From the NCBI GenBank assembly GCA_005883995.1, contig VAXB01000015.1, positions 69-64,068 of the forward strand: a stretch of 64,000 bases of DNA. The letters run 5' to 3'. Under the pieces are notes generated by a model that saw nothing but the letters and a program-made list of their open reading frames with translations, searched no databases and was not told where the DNA came from. The translations under genes and the position numbers were made by a program. Positions 1-9,202 of this stretch are shown piece after piece. Position 1 is the first letter of the stretch, and each line of letters begins with the position of its first letter. Source of the stretch: Actinomycetota bacterium. Its GTDB lineage: Bacteria > Actinomycetota > Thermoleophilia > Gaiellales > Gaiellaceae.

Positions 1-2
1 TC

Positions 3-608
3 TTACCGTGGCTCCCGCTCGTGCTCGCGCTCTCGGCGAATTCGCCGTACTTCGAAGGGCACGACACGGGGATGCGCTCGATCCGGACGGAGGTGCTCGG
101 CTTCCTGCCGCGGCACGGCGCGCCTCCGGCGACGCGCTCGTACGGCGAATGGGAAGCGTTCGTCGAGCGGATGGTGGCGACCGGGCTCGCGCAGACGCCG
201 ACGAGTTTCTGGTGGGACATCCGCCCTCACCCGCAGTTCGGGACGCTCGAGATTCGTACTCCCGACCAACCAACTTCCGCCGCGTCGACGGCGACGTTCG
301 TGCGGCTGGTGCACGCGCTCTGCGACTGGGCGCTCGACGCGCCTGCCCGGCCGTTCGATCCGTCGGAGCGCGGCATCTACGAGCAGAATCGCTGGGCCGC
401 GTCCCGGTTCGGCCCGCACGGCAAGCTGATCCATCCCGACCGCGCGGAAGCCGTGGAAGTGCGTGACCTCGTCGACGAATTGCCCTTCGCATCCGACGGC
501 GTCGACGCGTCGACGTGCGAGGGCGACCGGCAGCTCGAGGTCGGCGCGCGCGAGGGGCTTCGAGCTGTCTGCGCGGACCTGGTCGAGCGGACTAAGGTGC
601 AGGCGTGA
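3..608 (+). CDS. Carboxylate-amine ligase, glutamate-cysteine ligase family 2 (YbdK/GCS2-like); 5' end cut by window edge
   Basis: The frame of ORF 21..608 stays open to nt 3. Motifs LSANSPYFEGHDTG and WWDIRPHPQFGTLEIR are typical of GCS2 enzymes. Confidence 0.8.
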   Translation, partial: LPWLPLVLALSANSPYFEGHDTGMRSIRTEVLGFLPRHGAPPATRSYGEWEAFVERMVATGLAQTPTSFWWDIRPHPQFGTLEIRTPDQPTSAASTATFVRLVHALCDWALDAPARPFDPSERGIYEQNRWAASRFGPHGKLIHPDRAEAVEVRDLVDELPFASDGVDASTCEGDRQLEVGAREGLRAVCADLVERTKVQA

Positions 609-820
609 TCCGCGAGGAGACGATCCAGGTGAGCGGCATCCGCTGCGAGCGCTGCGTGATGCGCCTCGCGAAGGTGCTCGAAGGCCACGAGGGCCTCACC
701 GCCGCGAACGCGACCCTGATGGGACAGGTCGCGCTCGCGTGGGACGACGAGCGCACCTCGCGCGATGAGCTCGTCGCCGCGATGGCGCGCGGCGGCTTCC
801 GCGAGCTCCAGGCCGTCTAG
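605..820 (+). CDS. Small HMA-like (heavy-metal-associated fold) protein with CxxC
   Basis: 71 aa. VSGIRCERCV near the N-terminus resembles the GMxCxxC motif of HMA domains. The start overlaps the upstream stop (GTGA), suggesting translational coupling. Confidence 0.5.
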   Translation: MIREETIQVSGIRCERCVMRLAKVLEGHEGLTAANATLMGQVALAWDDERTSRDELVAAMARGGFRELQAV

Positions 821-984
821 CTGCCGGGCTCGGCAGCCTTCTTGATCCGGTCGCCGACGAGACCGGGCAACGGCTCGTGACCTTCCGGATCGTCGCCTTC
901 CTCGTCGTTCAGCTGCGCCTGTTCCGGGAGTTGCTCGCGCATCTGCGCGCGTTGCTGCTCTGTGTCCTTCATCTGATCGCTCAT
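817..984 (-). CDS. Small acidic hypothetical protein (55 aa)
   Basis: ATG at 984 inside the longer spurious ORF 817..1647. Third codon positions are GC-rich. Sequence starts MSDQMKDTEQQRAQMREQ; no family recognised. Confidence 0.35.
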   Translation of the reverse strand: MSDQMKDTEQQRAQMREQLPEQAQLNDEEGDDPEGHEPLPGLVGDRIKKAAEPGS

Positions 985-1050
985 GGTTCGCGTAGTACCC
1001 GGAATGCGGCCCGTGAACCCAGCGTTTGATCTCGAAGAGGCCTTGGTAGG

Positions 1051-1650
1051 GTGGCGCGCGTGAGCGAGACGACGCGTGAATCCGATCCGAGGCGGTTGGC
1101 AACGGACGCGCGCGATCGCGTCCACTTCGAGGAGGAAGCGCTCGCATTGTCGGATCAGGTGTATCGAGTGGCCCGGCATCTCGTGGGTTCGCGCGAGGAG
1201 GCCGAGGACCTGATGCAGGAGACGTACGCGCGTGCGTTCCGCTCGTGGCGGTCGTTCACACCGGGCACGAACCTTCGCGCGTGGCTGCTGCGGATCCTCA
1301 CGAACCTCAACATCGACCGCGGCCGACGCATCCAACGGACCCCGGACCAGCAGCCGCTCGAGGAAGGCGATTACTTCCTCTACAACAAGCTCGAGGAAAC
1401 GAACGACGGAACGACCGACGAGGACCGCGTCGTCCAGCGGCTCTCGCAGAATGACGTCGTCAGCGCGCTGTCCGAAGTCCCGCATGACTTCCGCGACGTC
1501 GTCGTTCTTGTCGACATCGGCGACTTCACCTACGCCGACGCCGCGCAGATCCTCGACATCCCCGTCGGCACGGTCATGTCGCGCCTGCACCGCGGCCGAC
1601 GTATCCTGAAGAGAGCAATGGCGGATTCGGCAGTCGGGAGCGAGCACTGA
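1051..1650 (+). CDS. ECF-type sigma-70 family RNA polymerase sigma factor (SigR/SigH-like)
   Basis: Region 2 (EDLMQETYARAFRSW..NLRAWLLRILTN) and region 4 HTH (YADAAQILDIPVGTVMSRLHRGR) are present. A ZAS anti-sigma gene follows. Confidence 0.85.
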   Translation: MARVSETTRESDPRRLATDARDRVHFEEEALALSDQVYRVARHLVGSREEAEDLMQETYARAFRSWRSFTPGTNLRAWLLRILTNLNIDRGRRIQRTPDQQPLEEGDYFLYNKLEETNDGTTDEDRVVQRLSQNDVVSALSEVPHDFRDVVVLVDIGDFTYADAAQILDIPVGTVMSRLHRGRRILKRAMADSAVGSEH

Positions 1651-1877
1651 TGTCGAACTGCGAAGACTGCGAACAGTGGATGCAGCCGTACATGGACCGC
1701 GCGCTGACGGAGGCGGAGCGGTTCGACGCCGAGCGGCACCTCAACGAGTGCAGCTACTGCCGCAAGCGGTACCGCTTCGAGGAGCACCTGAGGCAGTTCG
1801 TGCGCCAGGCTGTCGTCGAGCCGATGCCCGCCGAGCTCAAGCAGAAGCTCGCGAGCCTGCGCACTCCGCTCCAGTAA
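1650..1877 (+). CDS. Zinc-binding anti-sigma factor (ZAS family, RsrA-like)
   Basis: 75 aa. HLNECSYC matches the H-x3-C-x2-C ZAS motif, and there is an N-terminal CEDC. The ATG overlaps the sigma gene stop (TGATG). Confidence 0.8.
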   Translation: MSNCEDCEQWMQPYMDRALTEAERFDAERHLNECSYCRKRYRFEEHLRQFVRQAVVEPMPAELKQKLASLRTPLQ

Positions 1878-1882
1878 CGAGC

Positions 1883-2053
1883 GTACGCCTGACCCTTCTC
1901 TTGGGTAGGCACCTTTTCGCGCGTCGCTTCGCGCCTACAGTTCGCGGGTCGAAAAAGGGTCAGACCCGAAGAAGAGGGTCTGACCCTCGGCCTCGCGATG
2001 GGTCAGGCACTTTTTCGCACGACGAAGGCCTCGCGAAACGAGTCTGCCTTGTC
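1883..2053. repeat. Composite palindromic intergenic repeat, about 1.5 units
   Basis: Imperfect hairpin GCCTGACCC/GGGTAGGC followed by TTTTCG, then a conserved core (GCGTCGCTTCGCGCC..GTTCGCGGGTCGAAAAAG). Next comes hairpin GTCAGACCC-GAAGAAGA-GGGTCTGAC and an extra half unit GGGTCAGGCACTTTTTCG. Same family as 11867 and 20782. Confidence 0.75.
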
Positions 2054-2769
2054 TAGTTCCCCGGCTCGCGCGCCGGGCCGACGATGACGTAGAGGGCGCA
2101 GTTGCCGTTGCCGCCGGGGAGTGGTCGCGTCGCAACGCCGATCTCTTTTCCGAGCCGGGTCGCGAGCGCCTCGCAGCCTGGTGGGAAGTACACCGCGGTC
2201 TGCGGGTAGTTGAAGCTGTCGGCGCGGCCGACGTGCTTGATCTGGTACCCGAGTGCCTGGACACTGCTTGCGACCTGGCGCGTGTAGTTGATGTCGCCGC
2301 TCCCGTTGAGGACGTTGACGTCGACGCGCCACGGCGGCGGCAGGATCGGAACCGAGGCTGCAGCGCGTGCGTGTCCCCCCGTGTGCGAGACGAGCACGAC
2401 GGCGCCGGCGACCGCGAGCGCGATCAGGATTGCGCCGAGGACGATCAGCCGCGAGACCGGGTTGCGCTGCGCGGGGAGCGCGGGCACGGGGAGGCCTGCT
2501 AGCTCGCGTGCCTCCCGGTTGTCGATCCCGAGGGCGGTGCCGTAGAGGAGCGCCGCGAGCAGCGCGTCGTCGCTCGTCGCGAAGCGGTAGACGCGACCTT
2601 CCTCGAGCCACTGCGCCTCCTCGGGCGTGATGCCTGCCCGGCGCGCGGTCTCCTCGAGCGTCAGTTGCCGGTGGACGCGCGCACGGGCGAGCGGTGAATC
2701 CTCGCCGGTCGGCTCGAGTGGCTGAGCCAGCTCCATGCCGATTCCCATTGTGCGCCCCACGGCGGCCAT
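2053..2769 (-). CDS. HTH + single TM + LytR_C (LytR/CpsA/Psr C-terminal) domain protein
   Basis: N-terminal HTH-like LTLEETARRAGITPEEAQWLE and one TM helix (LIVLGAILIALAVAGAVVLV). The C-terminal VNVLNGSG...GY pattern is typical of LytR_C. Start is uncertain. Confidence 0.6.
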   Translation of the reverse strand: MAAVGRTMGIGMELAQPLEPTGEDSPLARARVHRQLTLEETARRAGITPEEAQWLEEGRVYRFATSDDALLAALLYGTALGIDNREARELAGLPVPALPAQRNPVSRLIVLGAILIALAVAGAVVLVSHTGGHARAAASVPILPPPWRVDVNVLNGSGDINYTRQVASSVQALGYQIKHVGRADSFNYPQTAVYFPPGCEALATRLGKEIGVATRPLPGGNGNCALYVIVGPAREPGN

Positions 2770-3264
2770 TTACGTCTCATCGGCAAAATCCACGTCGCCT
2801 GGAGGGGACAGGTCGTCGCAGGGCACGAGCTTTGCCGGCAGGTCCCGAAGCCCCACGTCCGGGGTCTGACCCCAGACGTGTCTGGCCAGGACGAGGGGAT
2901 GGAGGCGGACGCCGCCGTAGGCGGCGGCGACGCGCGAATCGTCGCCGGTTCGCCACGCGTCGATCACACGGTCGACGGCCCGCGGATCGAGGTCAGGCCC
3001 GTCGGCGAGGACGACGACGGCGGCTTCGACGTCCTCGCCGAGCGCGGCTAGGCCGCAGCGCAAGGATGCGCCTGGGCCGCGTTCCCATTCGTCGCAGCGC
3101 ACGGTCCGCGCGCCGGTGTCGACGTCATGGGCGCCGAGCACGACGACGATGTCGTCGACCGAGCTCCGGCGGAGCCGCTCGAGCACACGCGGAAGCAGCA
3201 CTCGCTGCTTGGGCGAGCCGAAGCGCGTCGAGGCCCCGGCCGCGAGCACCACTGCCGCGATCAC
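2770..3264 (-). CDS. MobA/MocA-like molybdenum cofactor nucleotidyltransferase
   Basis: GTG at 3264 gives (M)IAAVVLAAGASTRFG, the usual N-terminus of MobA-like NTP transferases. It is the last gene of the xanthine-dehydrogenase-family cluster. The longer ORF up to 3483 is Arg-rich and overlaps the upstream gene. Confidence 0.7.
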   Translation of the reverse strand: MIAAVVLAAGASTRFGSPKQRVLLPRVLERLRRSSVDDIVVVLGAHDVDTGARTVRCDEWERGPGASLRCGLAALGEDVEAAVVVLADGPDLDPRAVDRVIDAWRTGDDSRVAAAYGGVRLHPLVLARHVWGQTPDVGLRDLPAKLVPCDDLSPPGDVDFADET

Positions 3265-3272
3265 GCCGCGGA

Positions 3273-4148
3273 CTAGTGGCCGGGCGAGTCGAGAGCCGCG
3301 AGCGCGCGCTTCACGAGCGCTCGCGCGATCTCGAGCTTGTACGCAGTCCCCGGAAGCGGCGTGGCGCCGTCGAGCGCGTCGAGCGACGGGAGCGTCCACG
3401 GGATCGGGGCCACTCCGGCGAGCGCGATGCGGACCGCGCCGCCCATCCGCGCCGCAGCGACACCGACGAGCGGGAACGCCCACTTCCGGCGGTCCATCGC
3501 CTTCAGGTACACGGATGCCTCCGGCGCCGGCACGTCGAGCTCCAGGATCAGCTCGTTCGGTTCGAGCGCGGTCACGTTGCGGTCGTCGTCGGTCGGCAGG
3601 CGGTAGAGATCGGCGATTGGGAGCTCGCGCTTCGTCGTATGCACCGTCGCGCCAAGCGCAAGCAGTGCGGCTGCGATGTCCGACGGGTGCGCGGATGCGC
3701 AGCGGTCATTCCCGAAGATCGCGTGCTCGCGGTGCGCGCCGGCCTTCGCGTGACAGCGGTCGCCGCCGTGCAGCCAGCACGGGTACTGCAGCCGCCAGTA
3801 CCAGCACCGGGTCGCCTGCAGGAGGTTGCCGCCGATCGTCCCCATCGCCCGTAGCTGTGGCGAGGCGGCCTGGCGGCACGCTTCGCGCAATGCGTCGGGG
3901 ATCTGCGGATCGACCTCGAGCTCGGCGAGGGTGGCGCCGGCGCCGATGCGCGAGCCGTCGATACCGCGCGGGAGGAGCGGCGCGACCTGCACGAGCGTCT
4001 CCGCGTGGACGATTCCGTCGCGCAGGAGCGGGACGAGGTCGGTACCGCCGGCGAGCGCCTTCGTGCCGTTTCCGAGCGCGGCCGCGGCCGCCTCGGCCGA
4101 CTCAGGCCGAACCAGCTGCAACGCGGTCGCGCTCCTTCGCGCGCTCAT
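3273..4148 (-). CDS. Xanthine dehydrogenase-family FAD-binding (medium) subunit
   Basis: LAGGTDLVP and GTIGGNL motifs of the molybdopterin-dehydrogenase FAD-binding domain. Start is uncertain (ATG 4148 or TTG 4121). Confidence 0.8.
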   Translation of the reverse strand: MSARRSATALQLVRPESAEAAAAALGNGTKALAGGTDLVPLLRDGIVHAETLVQVAPLLPRGIDGSRIGAGATLAELEVDPQIPDALREACRQAASPQLRAMGTIGGNLLQATRCWYWRLQYPCWLHGGDRCHAKAGAHREHAIFGNDRCASAHPSDIAAALLALGATVHTTKRELPIADLYRLPTDDDRNVTALEPNELILELDVPAPEASVYLKAMDRRKWAFPLVGVAAARMGGAVRIALAGVAPIPWTLPSLDALDGATPLPGTAYKLEIARALVKRALAALDSPGH

Positions 4149-6302
4149 CGGCCTCGCGCAGGGCGCGGAGCATCTCCTCGCGGCTGATCGGCAGCGACCG
4201 CACATCCGCGCCGGTGGCGTCGCGAATCGCGTTCGCGATCGCGGCCGCGGTCGGAATGATCGGCGGTTCGCCGAGCCCCTTCGAGCCCAGATTGGTCAAA
4301 TGGGGGTCAGGCACGTCGACGAGGTCGGTGACGATCTCCGGCACGTCGGCGATCGTCGGCATCTTGTACGCATCGAGCGTGCGCGTCAGCGGCGCGCCCG
4401 TCTGCGGATCGGTGATCCGTTCCTCGGACAACGTGTGGCCGATCCCCTGAATGATTCCGCCCTCGACCTGGCTCGATGCGCCGAGCGTGTTGATCACGCG
4501 CCCGACGTCGTGGATCGCGACCACCTTGTCGACACGCACCTCGCCCGTCTCGACATCGACGGCGACCTCGGCAACCTGCACGCCGAACGTCAGGACGCGC
4601 ATGCCCGTCGGGTTCGGCCCGCGCGCGCCCTTGCCGAGGATCTGGCCGTCCTCGAGCATCCCCGTGATCTCCGTCAACGGCCACGAGCCGCCGTCGGCCG
4701 AGACGATCTGGCCGTCCTTGATGTCGAGGACCCGCTCTTCGAGGTGGTGGCGCTGTGCCGCGATCTCGATCAGCTGCCGCTTCGCATCCGCGGCGGCGGC
4801 GCGCACGGCCGGGCCCATCGAGGGAACGGTCGACGACCCCGCGGAGATCGCCGCATATGGCCCGCGCGCCGAGTCGCCGAGCGACACCTGCACGTGCTCG
4901 ACCGGGATCCCGAGCTCCTCCGCCGCGATCTGGGCCATCGCCGTGCGCGTTCCCGTGCCGATGTCCTGCATCGCGGTCACGACCTGCGCGCGCCCGTCGG
5001 CGCCGAGGCGGATCCAGGCATAGGACGGCGGTCCGCCGCCGCCGAACCAGATCTGCGACGCGAGGCCGATTCCGTGCTTCCACGTCCCGTCGCTTCGCGC
5101 GCGGATCTCGTCGCGCTTCGCCCAATGCGGCTCCGCTCGGCGGTAGCACTCGGCGAGGTTCTTCGACGAGAACGGACGGTCGTCGATGCGGTCCGAGTCG
5201 GCGTAGTTCCGCTGTCGCAGCTCGAGCGGGTCGACATCGAGCTTGGCCGCGAGCTCGTCGAGGAGACACTCGAGCCCGAACGTCCCTTCGACGTAGCCCG
5301 GCGCGCGAAACGCGGCGTTCGGCGGCATGTTCAGCTTGACCCCGTAATTCGTCGTCCGCACGTTCTCGCACGCGTACAGCATCTGCATCGGCCCTTCGGT
5401 AGACGGCGACCAACCCGCGTAGCCGACGGCGTTGAAGAAGTCGCCGCCGAGCGCGGTGAGCGTGCCGTCCGCGGTCGCGGCGGCGGTGAGGCGCTGGATC
5501 GTCGCGTTGCGGTTGCCGGTCGCGATGTTCTCTTCGCGCCGCGTCAGCGCGCACTTGACCGGCCGAGCGGTCCGCTTCGCGAGCTCCGCCGCGATCGACG
5601 TGTAGTCACCAGGCCCGTTCTTCGCGCCGAAGCCGCCGCCCATCGCGTGGCAGACGACGCGCACCTTGTCAGGCGGCAGGCCGAGCCGTCCCGCCATCGC
5701 GTCGCGGATTCCCCAGATGTACTGGGTCGAGATGTAGACGGTGATCCCGTCGTCCTCCCAGTGGCAGACGGCCTGGTGCGTCTCGAGTCGAAGTCGCCGC
5801 GCTCGTACGCCTGCGGCCCGTCGTTGACCCAGGACTCGCCGCGCACCGCCTCCTCGACGTCGAGGAGCGGGTCGAGCACCTCCCACTCGGGCGCGAGCGC
5901 CTCGAGCGCGTCCGCTGCCTGGCCGAAGCTCTCCGCCGCGATCGCCGCGACGGCGTGGCCGACGTAGCCTGGCTCGTCGGTCAACTGCTCGAGATCGTCG
6001 GGGCCGATCACTCCGCGGACGCCCGGCGCCGAGCGGGCGGCATCCAGATTCAGGCTCTTGACACGCGCGCGCGCAAACGGAGAGCGCAGCACCGCCGTAT
6101 GCAGCATGCCGGGGAGCTGAAGGTCGGCCGTGTATGGCGCCTGGCCGCGCGCGCGCTGCACGCCGTCGACCCGTGGGACACCGCGGCCGACGTGCGTGAG
6201 CGGCCCGGCCGGCCACTGGTCGAGCGCGTCCTCGTCGACGACGATCCACTGCTCGGTGTAGCGGCCCTCGACTTCCTTCTCGGTCCGGATCAGCCTTGCC
6301 AC
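4102..6302 (-). pseudogene. Xanthine dehydrogenase-family molybdopterin-binding (large) subunit, reading frame interrupted near 5785
   Basis: The N-terminal ~170 aa (..AYERGDFDS) lie in the frame of ORF 5544..6341. The remainder (LETHQAVCHWEDDG..GGGFGAK..) lies in the frame of ORF 4102..6381. Confidence 0.75.
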
Positions 6303-6727
6303 GACGTGATTGCCTCCTCGATCTTGGGATACGTGCCGCAACGGCAGAGATTTCCGGCCATCGCGTGCCGGATCTCGTCACTGGTGGGCGACGGCTTTGC
6401 GGCGACGAGTGCGGACGCCGAGACGATCTGACCGGGCGTGCAGAAGCCGCACTGGACGGCGTCGGCGCGGACGAACGCGTCGACGAGCGGGTGGTCGCGC
6501 AGTCCCTCGATCGTCGTGATCTCGGCGCCGTCGAGCGTGTGCGCGAGCGTGATGCACGACAGCGTCGGCACGCCGGCCACGAGCACCGTGCACGCGCCGC
6601 AGTGTCCTTCGTTGCACGCGATCTTCGTCCCCGTCAGCCCGAGTGACTCGCGCAGCGTCTGCGCGAGCGAGCGCCCGACGGGTACGTCGATCTGGTGCAG
6701 CTCGCCGTTGATCCTGAGCTCAAGCAC
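6290..6727 (-). CDS. (2Fe-2S)-binding small subunit of xanthine dehydrogenase family
   Basis: CNEGHCGACTV and CGFCTPG..CRCGTY are the cluster-binding motifs. Confidence 0.9.
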   Translation of the reverse strand: MLELRINGELHQIDVPVGRSLAQTLRESLGLTGTKIACNEGHCGACTVLVAGVPTLSCITLAHTLDGAEITTIEGLRDHPLVDAFVRADAVQCGFCTPGQIVSASALVAAKPSPTSDEIRHAMAGNLCRCGTYPKIEEAITSWQG

Positions 6728-7841
6728 TGGTCGTCACCGCCACGATGTCCGCCAGGTGGATCAGTCGAAACGTCGCGCGGGCGTGTTGCATCCGGTCGCG
6801 GTCGTCGCCTTCCTCGGGCATCGCGCGCCACATCTCCCGCGCCGTCGTCAGCAGCTCGCGGATCTGCTCGAGCTCACCACGGTGCCCGTTGGCCCGATCG
6901 TTGCACGCGTTCAGCGCGAGGCCGAGGACGCCGATGTTGTCCTGCTGCCGCGTCCAGAGAAGCGGTGTCGCCATCGAGAGGTACTGGTGGATGCGGGCGA
7001 GCGCCATCGGCTGCTGGAAGATGTCGACGCCCTTCGGCGCGGACGGCTCGCGCGCCGCCTCGCCGTCGGCGATGCGGTTGGCGTTCCCGGCGAGCACGTC
7101 GCGCACCTGCTGCTCGTCGAGCTGCGCGAGCCGTGCGGTGCGGAGCGCGATCAGGAGCGACGCCGGCTGCTGCCCGTATGGGTAATCCGATGCGTAGACC
7201 ACCTGCTCGGGGCCGACGAGCCGGTAGAGCCCGAGCAGGTCGAGCGGGCTCCAGACCGAGGTATCGAAGAAGACGCCCGCTTTGCCGCCGAGCCGGTCCG
7301 CGAGCGCGGCGAGGTCCGCGATGCCGGCATGCGCGACGATCAGCTGTGCGTCCGGGAAGCGGTCGACACTGCGGGCGAGATCGTCGGCGATCGGGGGCAG
7401 GCCGCGGCCGCCGTGGATCAGGATCGGCACCTTCCGCTCCGCGGCCAGCTCGAAGACGGGCGCGAGCCGCTCGTCGTTCAGCAGGAATTTCTGCGCGCGT
7501 GGATGCAGCTTGATCCCGCGGGCGCCGCGGTCGAGGCACCGCACCGCCTCGGCGATCGGGTCCTCAGACAGGTCGAGCCGGACGAACGGGATCAGGGTGC
7601 CACCGCTGCGCTCGGCGAACGCCAGCGTCCGGTCGTTGCCCGCGCGAAACGCGGGATGCCGGTCGGGCTCGTCGAGGCAGAAGACGAAGCAGCGGGAGAT
7701 GCCGTACTTCGCCATCCCGCGCTCGAGGTCGTCGTAGTTGCCGACCATTCCGTCGATGTCGGTGCCGAGGTGGGTGTGGGCGTCGAAGATCTCGGCGCCC
7801 TCGGGAAGCTCGCGCCGCAGTTCCTCGTCCCACTGCGCCAT
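6720..7841 (-). CDS. Amidohydrolase-family (TIM-barrel metal-dependent hydrolase) protein
   Basis: FDAHTHLG metal-binding motif near the N-terminus. Start chosen at ATG 7841, although the ORF is open to 7928. The stop overlaps the downstream 2Fe-2S gene start. Confidence 0.7.
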   Translation of the reverse strand: MAQWDEELRRELPEGAEIFDAHTHLGTDIDGMVGNYDDLERGMAKYGISRCFVFCLDEPDRHPAFRAGNDRTLAFAERSGGTLIPFVRLDLSEDPIAEAVRCLDRGARGIKLHPRAQKFLLNDERLAPVFELAAERKVPILIHGGRGLPPIADDLARSVDRFPDAQLIVAHAGIADLAALADRLGGKAGVFFDTSVWSPLDLLGLYRLVGPEQVVYASDYPYGQQPASLLIALRTARLAQLDEQQVRDVLAGNANRIADGEAAREPSAPKGVDIFQQPMALARIHQYLSMATPLLWTRQQDNIGVLGLALNACNDRANGHRGELEQIRELLTTAREMWRAMPEEGDDRDRMQHARATFRLIHLADIVAVTTSA

Positions 7842-7954
7842 CAGCCGCTGGGCACGCTGCAGCGCCTCATCCACTCGTCGGAGTCTAGTGACGGCCGTAC
7901 GTCCGACGCCGCACCGATCTCGGCACACATCCGACGCATCGTTAGGATCGCGCC

Positions 7955-9091
7955 GTGCCCGACGTCCTCATCTACGGAGACACCGTTCGCTCGCCGGAGC
8001 TTCGGCACGAGGTGCCGATCGTCGTCCCGGACGCGTTCCTCTACCTCGAGCGCGACGGACGGCGCGCGGTGGCGCTCCACTCGCTCGAGATCCCACGCGT
8101 CCGCGCGGATGTCCCCGGGCTCGAGATCATCTCGCTCGAGCAGCTCGGCCAGGACGAGCTCTTCGCGCAGGGGATGCAGGGGCCGACCCTCTCGCTCGAG
8201 CTCGCCGTGCGCGCGGTGAAGGAGCTCGGGATCGGGCGTGCCGCGGTGCCACCGTCGTTTCCGCTCGGGCTCGCCGACCACCTGCGCGCGAACGGCGTCG
8301 AGTTGGCGGTCGACCGGGAGCTCTTCGACAACCGGAGGCGCGCGAAGAACGAGACGGAGCTGCAGGGCATCCGCAACGCGCAGAAGGCCTGCGAGGCCGC
8401 GCTCGACGCGGCGCGCGGCCTGCTCCGTCGTGCGCAGGCGAACGGCGCCGGCCTCGAGGTCGACGGGAAGCCGCTGACGTCGGAGCGGCTGAAACAGGTG
8501 ATCGAGGCCGTGTTCTCCGACTTCGGCGTCGAGGGCGGCGACATGATCGTGTCGCACGGCCCCCAGACGGCGGTCGGGCACGACGGCGGCTCGGGTCAGA
8601 TCGGTCCGGACGAGCTGGTCGTCTTCGACCTCTTCCCGAAGGACAAGGAGACCGCCTGCTACGCGGACATGACGCGGACGTACTTCCTCGGCGACCCGCC
8701 GCCCGAGGTGCAGGAATGGCACCGGCTCGTGAAGGAGGCGCTCGACCGCTCCACCGCCGAGGTCAGGGCGGGCGCGAACGGCCGGAAGCTCTACGAGCTC
8801 GTCTGCGACATCTTCCAGGACGCGGGCTACAAGACCCAGCTGAACAAGGAGCCCGGCGAGGTGCTGGAGGACGGCTTCTTCCACGGCCTCGGGCACGGGG
8901 TCGGCCTGGAGGTTCACGAGCTGCCCTCGATGTCGCGCACCGGGCACGACCTCGTCCCCGGCGACGTCGTGACCATCGAGCCGGGGCCCTACAGGGCCGG
9001 CTTCGGCGGCCTCCGCCTCGAAGACCTGGTGCTCGTGACCGACGACGGGCACGAGGTCATCACGGATTACCCGTACGACCTCGAGCCGTAG
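7955..9091 (+). CDS. M24-family Xaa-Pro aminopeptidase / creatinase-like
   Basis: Pita-bread fold motifs DMTRTY and HGLGHGVGLEVHE, plus TIEPGPY. Confidence 0.85.
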   Translation: MPDVLIYGDTVRSPELRHEVPIVVPDAFLYLERDGRRAVALHSLEIPRVRADVPGLEIISLEQLGQDELFAQGMQGPTLSLELAVRAVKELGIGRAAVPPSFPLGLADHLRANGVELAVDRELFDNRRRAKNETELQGIRNAQKACEAALDAARGLLRRAQANGAGLEVDGKPLTSERLKQVIEAVFSDFGVEGGDMIVSHGPQTAVGHDGGSGQIGPDELVVFDLFPKDKETACYADMTRTYFLGDPPPEVQEWHRLVKEALDRSTAEVRAGANGRKLYELVCDIFQDAGYKTQLNKEPGEVLEDGFFHGLGHGVGLEVHELPSMSRTGHDLVPGDVVTIEPGPYRAGFGGLRLEDLVLVTDDGHEVITDYPYDLEP

Positions 9092-9202
9092 CCCGTTCCC
9101 TCACGTTTCAGCAAGGCCGCAGACGCGTAAAACCGTAGCGCGATCAATCTGTCCGCCTGCTCCGCCGTCCAGGTTCGAGGGGCGGGCAATGAGGGAGGGA
9201 TA

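Noticed and set aside
4102-6302. Programmed ribosomal frameshifting or translational bypass to explain the split genes (also korA, GST, OsmC-like)
   Set aside because: No slippery heptamers or stimulatory structures occur at the junctions. The problem is missing conserved residues rather than extra sequence, and the upstream frames terminate or run on at random. Deletion or assembly collapse is the simpler explanation.
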